NCBI RefSeq assembly: GCF_964204645.1
Contig: NC_134027.1
Span: 25,754,560-25,818,559, forward strand
Length of the DNA: 64,000 bases
Direction of reading: 5' to 3'
Source: Tubulanus polymorphus
Lineage: Eukaryota; Animalia; Nemertea
Below the pieces are notes generated by a model, which was not told the DNA's origin, searched no databases, and saw nothing but the letters and a program-made list of their open reading frames with translations. The translations under genes and the position numbers were made by a program. This document shows, piece after piece, positions 11,431 through 39,099 of the stretch; within the stretch, counting starts at the first letter, position 1; every line of letters starts with the position of its first letter.

Positions 11431-13432
11431 GAGCTTAAAATTGAATTTCATTTTGAATTTAATCAAAAGTAAGTCAAGAACGAATTTTTAACCCACAATG
11501 GAACACAATTCTGGAAGTTTCTTTGAATCCGTCAGTTCCGTAGTAAACAAGAATGAATTCATTTTGAGATGCGTATTTCGGAATTTCTGAGATTTGATTC
11601 TGAGAAAATCATTTTTTATTTTCACACTGCAGCCAAGCGTAAAAACAAACAAACAAACAATCAATTTTTAGAATCGACATTTATTACGTGGGTAAACACA
11701 TGTTTTATGCGTACGCAGTTTTTATCTGGGGTTCGGTTTTTCGAAGGCAATAAAGAACTATTAATTTCCCCGCGCGTCCAACAACCACTTTCTCATAGCT
11801 CTTACTACCGATGAATAAACCACTCAATCAACTTCAACTTACATTTATCAAAGTTTTCTCCGATGAAACATCGCTTCAGATTGAAATCACTGCTGGCGGA
11901 GCTGCACGCTTTTCTATTCGTTATCGTCCGATTTTCAAATAACTGCTGCATACCTCGTTTCGAATCAGGACTCTGTTTTGCTGGTCTCTGAATTATCACT
12001 ATTACTGTAATCATTACTATCATCATTGCTATTATATGATAATTGTTAATGAACAAAACCCACAGTTGATGATTTGAAAATTTATTTTCCGACCGTTTCG
12101 AAGTTTTTACCAACTTTGTCGTCATATCGCGATTATGATATTTTCATTTCTTTGATGATGAAGTCGAAGTGAAGCCAAATTAGCAAAACCCACTGATTAT
12201 AAAACAGTTTATTCCGACAGTTTCGAAGTTTTGACTTAAACTTCGTCTTCAGAAACATCGACAAAAAACGTTTTGTGTTCGTTTCGTTGATGATGAAGTT
12301 TATACGAGGGTTTTTAAGCTTCTAAGATATGCTCAGATCAGTATTTCTTAAAAACTTAAACAGTCGATAATGATTGTTAATTATTATATATCATTATTTT
12401 ATTGTTTATTGGTTTTCATTATTTTTTATCGATTATAATTGTAATGGCAATGTTTCATTTCACCATTATCATCCTCATATTATTATGATTACCATTATTA
12501 TAAGATTGGATTTTATCGGTAATTTTGCTCTCAAGATAAACCCGATAAATGTTTCAAAAAAGGATTAATAATCTTTTTAAGAGTTCCACGCGTTTGTTGT
12601 GGATGAATTGTGAATCTAGATTCTAATGAAGTTTTACTTTTCATTTCTTAAACCAATCGACAAATCGTAATCCCAACGCTGTAGATCAGACTCCCAGACC
12701 CCCGGCCCCCGGACCCCTGGCCCTGCCCCCTTATTGTATTATTCTGTATTCTCTTAAATGATATGTTTTACTGAATGTTTTGTTGTATGGTATAATTTCA
12801 GATTATGAGATTGAATATAGACAGGCCACGACAGACACGATCTCCAGAGCCAGACATGTCGATGGTTAGTAATGTATACATACACTCTATATTTCCCGGG
12901 GGGGGGGGGGTGGTTGAGAGGGGGGGATAGATGTAGAAATCGAATGTGAAGAAGGTACACGGTGCAAAAGTGTTTCTCATATTTGCCTTTGAAACTTAGC
13001 ACGTCTCAGTTATTTACAGATAAGAAGAACACTTTTACTTTTCCGATTAATTTACTTAGGAAATATATATGTATCGAGGTCTATATGCATGTAGCAGGCT
13101 TTGTAGCGAGTCTGAAAGATTCTGAAAAGCGCTCACCATCGGAAATATTCGGAATCTGAGTATATGTGGAAAAAAGTATCGCGTTTCTAGAGATTTCCGT
13201 GGATAAACCACTGACTGGGTAGATATTTTCCCATAACAGAAGGTCAAGGTCGCTTTATATCTCTGCCACGAGAGATTAGTAGAAGTTCCGTTAGAAACCC
13301 CCGGAGTAAAACCAAATCGTACTTCGAACCGCGAGAGTCGATATCATACTACGTTATTCGGAACGCTCCGAATTAAGTCCTTTCCAATTTAGAACGGACC
13401 AAGCGTTCGCACTGAGCGAAAGCTGGTTCTAA

Positions 13433-13446
13433 TATATATATATATA

Positions 13447-13508
<62 letters not shown>
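13433..13508. repeat. (TA)n microsatellite
   Basis: Seen directly in sequence. Confidence 0.97.
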
Positions 13509-13513
<5 letters not shown>

Positions 13514-14225
13514 TTGTTTTTGATGTGTAGTAACAACTTGTTGCCAACTATTTCTGATGGAACAAGAAGAGCTATATAGAGAGGAGTAATACCACAGTAC
13601 GAGAAATAAATCATACGTCAAATGACGTCAATCAACTGAACAATATACGTATTATTATTCTATCTGGGTTTATACCACTTTCTGATTCCTTGAAAACTTG
13701 TTTATATCTAAATTGAAGACCGCGAATCTCTCGTAAATTAGTAAAACTATATATAGATGGAGAACAGTGTGCGTGAATAAGTAATTTCTAGAAACCCAAA
13801 CACAGATCTTTACCGGGGTTTGTCTTAAAATTGGGATTGCATGCCCCTCTTATTTGTATGATTGGTATAGATTTGGATTGATTTGTTATGATTTGGTGTC
13901 CCTTACAAACCCACCACACCTGCCGGGAGTAAAACAGGGGGTTTATCGCAGTACAGATATAGTTGTGTGATCGGCGGTCGAATTTAAAGAATTTTTTGTT
14001 CGAATCGAAATGCATAATTGGAAATTTCGGTTCTGGTTCACTCAAACGATCTTCCAACCAGCCAGGTTCAAACTGTACCCCTTGAAAACGCCCCTAAATT
14101 ACTGGTAATTTGATTGAATCTCTTTTTTTCTGAAAGTTGAGCGTGCTGTATTGGTTGAAGTATCATAGCTTAAATGCTTTGTAGGAATACATGCATTTGC
14201 TATATGACGTAAACCTCTTAGACTT

Positions 14226-14525
14226 TTGATATGTTCTACTTGCTAACGTCTGAACCTCTGGAATGACCAACTAAGTAATAGTTTCTTTGATGATCATGCT
14301 GATTGTATTCCGATATAGAAATGGCTTCATATCATTATGAGGCAATACGTGCACCAAAGTATTGTAATTTTGATATTTTCTACTTGCTAATGTCTGAACC
14401 TCTGGTATGACCAACTAAGTAATAGTTTCTTTGATGATCATGCTGATTGTATTCCGATATAGAAATGGTTTCATATCATTACGAGGCATTATGTGCACCA
14501 AAGTATTGTAATTTTGATATTTTCT
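14226..14525. repeat. Direct tandem duplication, 143-bp period, 2 copies
   Basis: CTACTTGCTAA.GTCTGAACCTCTGG... at 14237 and 14380. Confidence 0.9.
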
Positions 14526-14809
14526 TCTTGACTACTCCTCGAATTCTGCAATGACGTAAAAGTATGAAGCGCTGTTTATATACAAAACTTCACGGGAAGC
14601 ACAGAATGTATACAAAGAGAGCCTGGATATACTGTGAAAATAAAAAATGGGCCCCCGAGAGCTAGCGGGGAGAGGGTATGATAGAGCATGAACAAAAGCT
14701 CAGACGTACTGTATTGTATTTTGAACTGAAGTGTACAATGCGCACTAGATCATAAAGTTTTTTTCTTAATACTTTAAATACTTTAGACGGTTGAGTTTTA
14801 TATTTTCAG

Positions 14810-29652
<14,843 letters not shown>

Positions 29653-30821
29653 ACGAATGGCCGAGGATGAAATCTTCGGATTCTTTTAGAAACGATGAAA
29701 TAACGACCGAGTGCATCCTCGAGGGCAGCGTCCAGCGACCAGATTTCCCGGTCCTTGTTTTAACGAAACGGAATTCCCCCACCTTCCCTCTCTGGAGTTC
29801 TGGTTCTTCGATCGATTCTTGTAAGATACGGTTTATTATTGTAAATATCCTCCGACGAAAAAAAAAACGTTTACATCGAGACTTGTAGATAAACTTCTGT
29901 AAATACGAACTCGAAAATAACATTTATTCTGTTTTTCTTTTTGACATTGTTCATTAACCGGTGGGTGGACGTCAGATACTTGGAGTTTATGATAGAATTT
30001 TTTTGTACATAAAAATGTGTAAACTAGCCCCCCCTCCCCCGTACAAATCTATCTAGCATTGATCACGAACTTGTTTTCAAAACTGTTGAATTATTATTAT
30101 CATTATTATAAGTAAGTTATGTATATATTCGTTAAAAAAGATTTTAAATTGTGTGTAAATCCGATGTTAATTTTTGATGATGGAAAAATGAAATGAAATT
30201 TTTCAGCCCAAAAAAATATCAATTTTTGCGACATGACTTTTACTGTTTATGAGCCGTCTTCAACTCGTGTTTTTTGCCTTATTTGTTGTAATGTAAACAC
30301 AACACGATCCAGTCCCTCAGTTATGAGTAAGAGTTAACTCTTTAGTTAAAGTTAGTTAATTTTCGATGAGTTAACTCTGAGTAATATCTTAAACTCAAAA
30401 CTCTGGAAATGTATCCTGTATTTCAATCTCTCTTCATGAATCCCGGCCCAGGGCCCAGATTTTGAAAGAACGATTAACTCCACGATCAAGTTGATCATGG
30501 GCACAATTTCATGAAAAAATATTTTAACTCTTAGTTACTTGCTGGTGATTTCATATTTTCGACTCCAGGCCTGGATAAGATTTAACTGAACTTGTGCGAA
30601 TAGCGAGTGCCAGTTTTCTTCATTCTGATTTCGTTTTTCATGAGTTTGGTTTGAGATTTATTTAGATTAAGCAATTCAGATATGTGAAAATAAGTCTAAT
30701 ACGCTGAGTATCGCTCGAGTATCGCTGTATCGCGATGGTTAAATCTTCGAAGAATTTTAAACTCATCGTATCATATCTATAACTTGCGTGGATAAAATTT
30801 CGATCGGTTGTAAATATATTT

Positions 30822-33800
30822 AAATGATAGATATATGAATATACAATCTTCTTACTGCTGGATTGTGAAAAAGAATTTTAAACCCAGGGTCTTTCTCAGT
30901 TTATATAGATAGCATTCTGTAACTTGGCCGCATTAGTCCTGTTAAATCGTGCCCCATTCCATAGTTCCATATTTGAATGTAAACATACCCATAACCTCTG
31001 GTAATGCTTTAATGTGACCCTAGTAGTTAGTTCGAAGCTATGGGATCGTGTTTCTTTCTTCCACATAAGTCTCGATCTAAAATGCTAACCGCGTGTGATA
31101 TTTCATTCGGTGATGACGGATAGAGTTCAGCGGCTTACGAGTTGACTCCGCAGAGTCAACAAAATTAGCGATCATTTTCAGTATCTCAATTCTGCGGAGT
31201 CAAACTCTAAACCGACGACTGTGGAATTGGATCCAGAAATGATACTCAAGTTTGGAGCTCGTGTGAGTTTTAACTTCGATATCTGTAGCATTGAATTCTG
31301 GGCGCTTGTTATCATAGCATTGTTTGAATATTAAACCAACTTTGTTCTGAATATGATCGTTGATACCCAAATCACAGAATATTGTATATTTAAGAATTTC
31401 TCGGGTATTCTCGGTAATTTTACTGCGAACTTGTGATCTTTCGGTAGCTGCGAATATACAGCAAACTATAATTTCTTGTAAGTCAATCTCTGGTGCTATA
31501 AAACACGAAATCATGAATCGAAATAAGTTTTTGATTTGTTTGTAATTACAAGAACGATGTCCGTGATCTCGTAGGTTTTTTTCTGCTGTATTTTTATTGC
31601 CGTTCTCAGTTTATTTTTGTGTATATATATATTTTGTAATTTGACTAGTCATTTATTTATATCTGTTTATTTGCATTTTGTCTTTGTTTTTTGCTTCTCG
31701 TCAATAAAGCTATGCACCCAAAACTTTTGCCTTTGATTATATCGGAATATCATTTAGTGTTGATTCGGACGGTGAATAGAGGATTGGGCTCAATAGAGGT
31801 GTCCCAGGTTCGAACCCGATCTATCGAAACTCATTATGAGTAAGTATTCCGCTAATGTAGAGGAGATGGTCCAGTTTCGATCTTTGACTTGCTGATTCAG
31901 AATGACCTAGATGTTAAATGGGGAATTGAGTTATATATGGATAACTCGTCACGATATTTTCGCCATCTATTGGAATTGTGCTGAACTATTGAATTTCGGA
32001 AGTTGTCAACGGTGAAATTTTACAATGAACCAAATTTCACAAGCGCCATCTATCGCATTTAAGAATAAATGTCTAGATTGACAATTGGGAACATAATGGT
32101 CGTTTCTAAATAAGTTCAATAACGTAAGCCATTAATTACGTTAACTAATTGACTAATATTTCCAGTAATTCGAACAGGTTTTGAATTCACAGACGCTTCT
32201 CTATACTGATCTAGTTTCATTTCGGGGAATTTCTATAAATGTATCCGGGGTCGAAAAAGTTTTTCTACGTTGAACCCCATCTAGCGGTTTTTCGGTGAAC
32301 TAAAATCACAATAGATCCTTTGTGAGCGTGCGACTGAAGTTTCTGTGTTGAACGAATGAGCTGAGAATGGTTCTGTGGCAGTCAAGGTTCTTCCTCTGGC
32401 AATCGAGGATTAGAGAATTTTCCAGCATAAATAATCTAAAATTTTCACTGGTTTTAAATATACTCAAATGATAGATATATGAATATACAATCTTCTTACT
32501 GCTGGACTGTGAAATAGAATTTTAAACCCAGGGTCTTTCTCAGTTTATATAGATAGCATTCTGTAACTTGGCCGCATTAGTCCTGTTAAATCGTGCCCCA
32601 TTCCATAGTTCCATATTTGAATGTAAACATACCCATAACCTCTGGTAATGCTTGAATGTGACCCTAGTAGTTAGTTCGAAGCTATGGGATCGTGTTTCTT
32701 TCTTCCACATAAGTTTCGATCTAAAATGCTAACCGCATGTGATATTTCATTCGGGGATGACGGATAGAGTTCAGCGGCTTACGAGTTGACTCCGCTGAGT
32801 CAAAAAAAATTAGCGTTCATTTTCAATATCTTAATTCTGCGGAATCAAACTCTAAACCGACGACTGTGGAATCGGATCCAGAAATGATACTCAAGTTTTG
32901 AGCTCGTGTGAGTTTTAACTTCGATATCTGTAGCATTGAATTCTGGGCGCTTGTTATCTTGCAAAACAGCATTGTTTGAATGTTAAACCAACTTTGTTCT
33001 GAATATGATCGTTGATTCCCAAAACACAGAATATTGTATATTTAAGAATTTCTCGGGTATTCTCGGTAATTTTACTGCGAACTTGTGACCTTTCGGTAGC
33101 TGCGAATATACAGCGAACTATAATTTCTTGTAAGTCAATCTCTGGTGCTATAAAACACGAAATCATGAATCGAAATAAGTTTTTTGATTTGTTTGTAATT
33201 ACAAGAACGATGTCCGTGATCTCGTAGGGTTTTTCTGCTGTATTTTTATTGCCGTTCTCAGTTTATTTTTGTGTATATATATTTTGTAATTTGACTAATC
33301 ATTTATTTATATCTGTTTATTTGCATTTTGTCTTTGTTTTTTGCTTCTCGTCAATAAAGCTATGCACCCAAAACGTTTGCCTTTGATTATATCGGAATAT
33401 CATTTAGTGTTGATTCGGACGGTGAATAGAGGATTGGGCTCAATAGAGGTGTCCCAGGTTCGAACCCGATCTATCGAAACTCATTATGAGTAAGTATTCC
33501 GCTAATGTAGAGGAGATGGTCCAGTTTCGATCTTTGACTTACTGATTCAGAATAACCTAGATGTTAAATGGGAATTGAGTTATATATGGATAACTCGTCA
33601 CGATATTTTCGCCATCTATTGGAATTGTGCTGAACTATTGAATTTCGGGAATTGTCAACGGTGAAATTTTACAATGAACCAAATTTCACAAGTGCCATCT
33701 ATCGTATTTAAGAATAAATGTCTAGATTTACAATTGGAAACATAATGGTCGTTTCTAAATAAGTTCAATAACGTTAGACATTAATTACGTTGCCTAATTT

Positions 33801-35590
33801 GTTAATTTTTCCAGTAATTCGAACAGGTTTTGAATTCACAGACGCTTCTCTATACAGATCTTGTTTCATTTCGGGGAATTTCTATAAATGTATCCGGGGT
33901 CGAAAAAGTTTTTCTACGTTGAACCCCATCTAGCGGTTTTCCGGTGAACTAAAATCACAATAGATCATTTGTGAGCGTGCGACTGAAGTTTCTGTGTTGG
34001 ACAAATGAGCTGAGAATGGTTCTGTGGCAGTCGAGGGTTCTTTCTCTGGCAATCGAGGATTAGAGCATTTTCCCAGCACAAGTGTAAATAATCTAAAGTG
34101 ATCATTGGTCTTACATTACAACAATGCGTTTGATATACTTCTTTTTTCATGAATATGAAGCTGTCCCTAATTCCTAGAGATCCGAAGGTCAAATAGAGGA
34201 TGAACAGGAGTGTCCCATGTTCGAACCCATTCTACTGTAACTGATTGTAAATGCCGAGATAAGAATGACAAATGAAAACAGTTGCGTCACATAGATTTAC
34301 ATACAACGAGATGAGTAGTGCTTTAAATGCAAAACATTTTATCTGACACACGAGCTTAATAGATTTATATACGAAATAAGTTTTTTGATTTGTTTGTAAT
34401 TACAAGAACGATGTCCGTGATCTCGTAGGGTTTTTCTGCTGTATTTTTATTGCCGTTCTCAGTTTATTTTTGTGTATATGTATTTTGTAATTTGACTAGT
34501 CATTTATTTATATCTGTTTATGTGCATGTTGTCTTTGTTTTTTGCTTCTCGTCAATAAAGCTATGCACCCAAAACTTTTGCCTTTGATTATATCGGAATA
34601 TCATTTAGTGTTGATTCGGACGGTGAATAGAGGATTGGGCTCAATAGAGGTGTCCCAGGTTCGAACCCGATCTATTGAAACTCATTATGAGTAAGTATTC
34701 CGCTAATATAGACGAGGTAACGTGATAAAACTACGCAATAAATCGCGAGAGACGAATGCAATATGAGACCCACAATCACAAGTTCGATAAAAGATTTTAG
34801 AACATCAAAACTATAAAGAATTTATCAAAAACTCGAATTTTCGGTTTTATCCTAAAAACCATTCTCAAGAGAGAACCATTCTCATCACTCTTGAGAATGG
34901 TTTTAGGATAAAACCAAAAATTCGAGTTTTTAATAAATTCTTTATAGTTTTGATGTTTTAAAATCTTTTTCAAACTTTCGATTGTGGGCCTCATATTCTA
35001 TACAGGAGGTGTTTCAGTTTCGATCTTTGACTTATTGATTCAGAATTACCTAGATGTTAAATGGGAATTGAGTTATATATGGATAACTCGTCACGATATT
35101 TTCGCCATATATTGGAATTGTGCTGAACTATTGAATTTTAGGAATTGTCAACGGTGAAATTTTACAATGAACCAAATTTCACAAGCGCCATCTATCGTAT
35201 TTAAGAATAAATGTCTAGATTTACGATTAGAAACATAATGGTCGTTTCTAAATAAGTTCAATAACGTTAGACATTAATTACGTTGCCTAATTGACTAATA
35301 TTTCCAGTAATTCGAACATGTTTTGAATTCACAGACGCTTCTCTATACTGATCTAGTTTCATTTCGGGGGATTTCTATAAATGTATCCGGGGTCGAAAAA
35401 GTTTTTCTACGTTGAACCCCATCTAGCAGTTTTTCGGTGAACTAAAATCACAATAGATCCTTTGTGAGCGTGCGACTGAAGTTTCTGTGTTGAACGAATG
35501 AGCTGAGAATGGTTCTGTGGCAGTCAAGGTTCTTCCTCTGGCAATCGAGGATCAGAGAATTCTCCAGCATAAATAATCTAAAATTATCTA
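30822..35590 (+). repeat. Tandem segmental duplication: about 1.64-kb unit x2 (30822, 32466) plus a partial third copy (34372-35590)
   Basis: Near-identical blocks. The distal sub-block recurs upstream of each GPCR (about 38040, 40270 and 42525). Confidence 0.92.
34761..34997. mobile_element. Foldback insertion with a hammerhead-like motif (U3-A8 variant) in each arm
   Basis: About 110-bp inverted arms. Minus strand 34869-34832 reads TTGAGAA-t-GGTTTT-taggat-AAAACC-GAAA-ATTC-GAG. Absent at the paralogous sites near 31860 and 33510. Confidence 0.7.
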
Positions 35591-36282
35591 AATTAAAAGT
35601 GGTCTTACATTAAAACAATGCTTTTGATATAGAATTAGTGAATGTTTTTCATATGAATCAAATCGTCACTAATTCGATCTGAAGTTCAAATAGAGGATGC
35701 AGAGGTATCCCAGGTTTGAAGCCATTTTACTGAAACTGGTTATGAATGTAAGTGAGAATGAAAAATGAAATCAGTTGCGTCGCATAGATTAATATACAAC
35801 GAGATGAGTAATGCTTTAAATGAAATGCAAAACATTTTAATCTGACGCACGAGCTTAATAGATTTATAAACAACGAGATGAATAGTGCTTTAAAGGTGAA
35901 ACATTTTATTTGACGCACGTGCTTAATAGATTTATATACAATGGAAAATGATATGAAAAATAAGAAAGCTTCTCTAACAAAACTAATTTTACATTCATCT
36001 ATTTGCCACATGTATATCATCACAATGGGTGTATTATTCTGTTAACAGACACCGGTTAGCGATTATTTCATTTTCTCCACTGCTGCAAGTAAATTAAATG
36101 AGAGTGATTTGATTTACGCCACGAGCGCTATTCTTCTGCGGCCGTCGGTTTCGTAGTCAAGACTGAAAACTTGTGCAAACATTATTCATTATGCTGAATC
36201 CCGAAGGTGGATTTGACCTACGAGCAATGAGATAATTGCTCTTAGATTTGACTCTCTTTCTCTCTCTCCTCTCTCGCTCGGT

Positions 36283-37311
36283 ATGGCGCTGCCAGTAACG
36301 ACGATTAGAAACGAATCATACGAGTCGATGGAAAATTCTACATTTGGAAAAGATTGTCTACTCAATAAGGAAACCTTCAACATTACAATCGTGTTTGTTT
36401 ACTGTTTACCAGTAATTTGGACCACTGGATTTGTCCTCAATGTTTACACGTATTTTGTTCTTTATCGTTTCAAATCAGATATAACCACGTACTATATTCT
36501 ACGTATGTTGACAATAGCGGACAATACGTTCCTACTGGGTTTTGCTGTCACAAAGTCTGGACAATATTTCGACGGCCTGCTTAAGTTTGGGAACGACATT
36601 CATTATTTTGACAAGAGAGAATTTATTGGTCCGGTCCTCGTACGCCATACAGGTATTGTGCAAGAAATTTCCAAAATGATTAGAAATCTACTCACGATGT
36701 TGATCAGTTTGGAACGACTGACTGTCGTGTTCTTTCCATTAAAATCTAAAATGCTGTGCACTAGACGCAATTGTAACATATGTTTATTGATCATAGTTAT
36801 TCTGAGTCTTACCACTCAAGGCTGGCAGTATTTTGTCAGAGATATTAAACAAATAAATGTTCTTTGCCCTTTTAGAAGAAAGCTGTGGGTCTTGGTGCGC
36901 CCTCCACCCCGAATATCAAAACCAATAAACTTGATACACATATTAGGCATATTTGTACCATTTTTCGGTATAGGTCTTGCAAATATGATTCTTGTAATTT
37001 CATTGCATCAAGCTTCTAAAAGGCGCTCGGAAATCAGCGCTCAAAAAATAAATGACAACCAAGCCGTAATACTAGCGATTTCAGTAATAACAGCATTTGC
37101 TTTATTCGAAATGCCAATGGCTTTGCACAAGTTGCTTAATCATTTTTTTAAATTCAGAGGTTTTATCCCAAATCTTGGTTTCTACCACGTGGCGGCCATG
37201 TTTGTACAGATTGATTCCTCGGTCAATTTTTTAGTTTATTGTTTATCGAGTAAAAAATTCCGATCGCTTGCGTTCAACAGTTGCCCGCATCGGAGGCGCA
37301 GCAGAGAGTGA
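36283..37311 (+). CDS. Intronless class A GPCR, cluster paralogue 1 (FMRFamide/peptide-receptor-like)
   Basis: 342 aa, 7TM; motifs GFVLN, IADN, SLERLTVVFFP, FEMP, DSSVNFLVYC, KKFR. Confidence 0.92.
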   Translation: MALPVTTIRNESYESMENSTFGKDCLLNKETFNITIVFVYCLPVIWTTGFVLNVYTYFVLYRFKSDITTYYILRMLTIADNTFLLGFAVTKSGQYFDGLLKFGNDIHYFDKREFIGPVLVRHTGIVQEISKMIRNLLTMLISLERLTVVFFPLKSKMLCTRRNCNICLLIIVILSLTTQGWQYFVRDIKQINVLCPFRRKLWVLVRPPPRISKPINLIHILGIFVPFFGIGLANMILVISLHQASKRRSEISAQKINDNQAVILAISVITAFALFEMPMALHKLLNHFFKFRGFIPNLGFYHVAAMFVQIDSSVNFLVYCLSSKKFRSLAFNSCPHRRRSRE

Positions 37312-39099
37312 TTTATAGCCCGTGAATCGTAGTAGGTACAACTCACTGAGTAAATATAGTTTTGATGACGAATAGCTGATTGAGTGATGTCCATGGTTCG
37401 AACCCAACAATTGTTAGTACCTGATTAAAAATGAAACAATATTAGCTACATCTGAACGTGATCAGTACCGCCATTCACTATCAGTGCCCAGTAACAAGCG
37501 GGTTCGAGTAGTGCACGTTACGCTTCAGATGCAGTCCCGTCGTGATCCAATAATAAAATGAGTCGTGGGAAAACAAGAAGCAAGACACATATAATACCAA
37601 AGCCAAAGCTTAGATGTAACAGTATTGCAAAATCTATTTCAAAACACATCGACAAGCAGTGGGATGTGCCCTAATATATTCAAACATTTTAAATCAAAAT
37701 ACATCAATGTTTCCTTTTAGCTTGTAGTTTATTCAACGTTAAGACTCTAATAGTCATCTCCAGGAATGCTGAATATTAGCTCAAGGAAACATTTCAGACT
37801 CGTTTATCTTTCTTATTGTGGGATCCATCATTATCGTATCATTATAATAATTTTGATGATGGAAAAATGAAATTTTTCAGCCCAAAATCATCAATTTTTG
37901 CAACATGACTTTTACTGTTTATCAGGTTACTTCAGCTCATGTCTTCTGCCTCATTCGCCCTCTATTGGAATTTTGTTGAACTATTGCTATTCACAATTCC
38001 AAAGACTTTGGAATTGTGAATAGCATGATTTTACATTGACTCAAATTTCACAAGCGCCATCTATCGTATTTAAGAATAAATGTCTAGATTGACAATTGGA
38101 AACAGGATAGTCGTTTCTAAATAAGTTCAATAACGTTAGACATTAATTACGTTGCCTAATTTGCTAATATTTCCAGTAATTCGAACATGTTTTGAATTCA
38201 CAGACGCTTCTCATTACTGATCTAGTTTCATTTCGGGGAATTTCTATAAATGTATCCGGGGTCGAAAAAGTTTTTCTACGTTGAACCCCATCTAGCGGTT
38301 TTCCGGTGAACTAAAATCACAATAGATCATTTGTGAGCGTGCGACTGAAGTTTCTGTGTTGGACAAATGAGCTGAGAATGGTTCTGTGGCAGTCGAGGGT
38401 TCTTTCTCTGGCAATCGAGGATTAGAGCATTTTCCCAGCACAAGTGTAAATAACCTAAAGTGATCATTGGTCTTACATTACAACATTACAATTAAAGCTG
38501 TCCCTAATTCCTAGAGATCCGAAGGTCAAATAGAGGATGAACAGGGGTGTCCCAAGTTTGAACCCATTCTACTGTAACTGATTGTAAATGCCGAGATAAG
38601 AATCAAAAATGAAATCAGTTGCGTCACATAGATTTATATACAACGAGATGAATAGTGCTTTAAATGAAATGCAAAACATTTTAATCTGACGCACGAGCTT
38701 AATAGATTTATATACAATGGAAAATGATATGAAAATATGAAAGGTTCATCAAGTTTCATCAACAACGAAAATCAGTAAATGGTAAAACAGCTTTATAGAT
38801 TTATTATTCATTCATCTATTCGCCACACGTATATCATACATATCATATTCCATTATGATTTAATAGACAGTATTTGAGCCGATTATTTCATTATCTCCAC
38901 CGCTGCAAGTAAATCTCGGAGGCGAATTCATTTTGGATAATTTTATTTACGCCACGAGCGCTATTCTTCTGTGGTCGGTTTCGTAGTCAAGACTGAAAAC
39001 TTGTGCAACCATTATTCATCACGCTGTAATTAAATCTCTGAGGTGGATTGACTCTCCATCTCTCTCTCCTCTCTCTTTCCTCTCTTGCTCGGCACGTCA

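Noticed and set aside
31765-31830. tRNA gene suggested by GGTTCGAACCC
   Set aside because: No acceptor stem, D-arm or anticodon arm can be folded.
31200-33227. Duplicated ORFs 31200-31514 and 32954-33166, and the overlapping plus-strand ORFs
   Set aside because: Similarity is due to the recent segmental duplication; the frame is not conserved between copies and there are no domain motifs.
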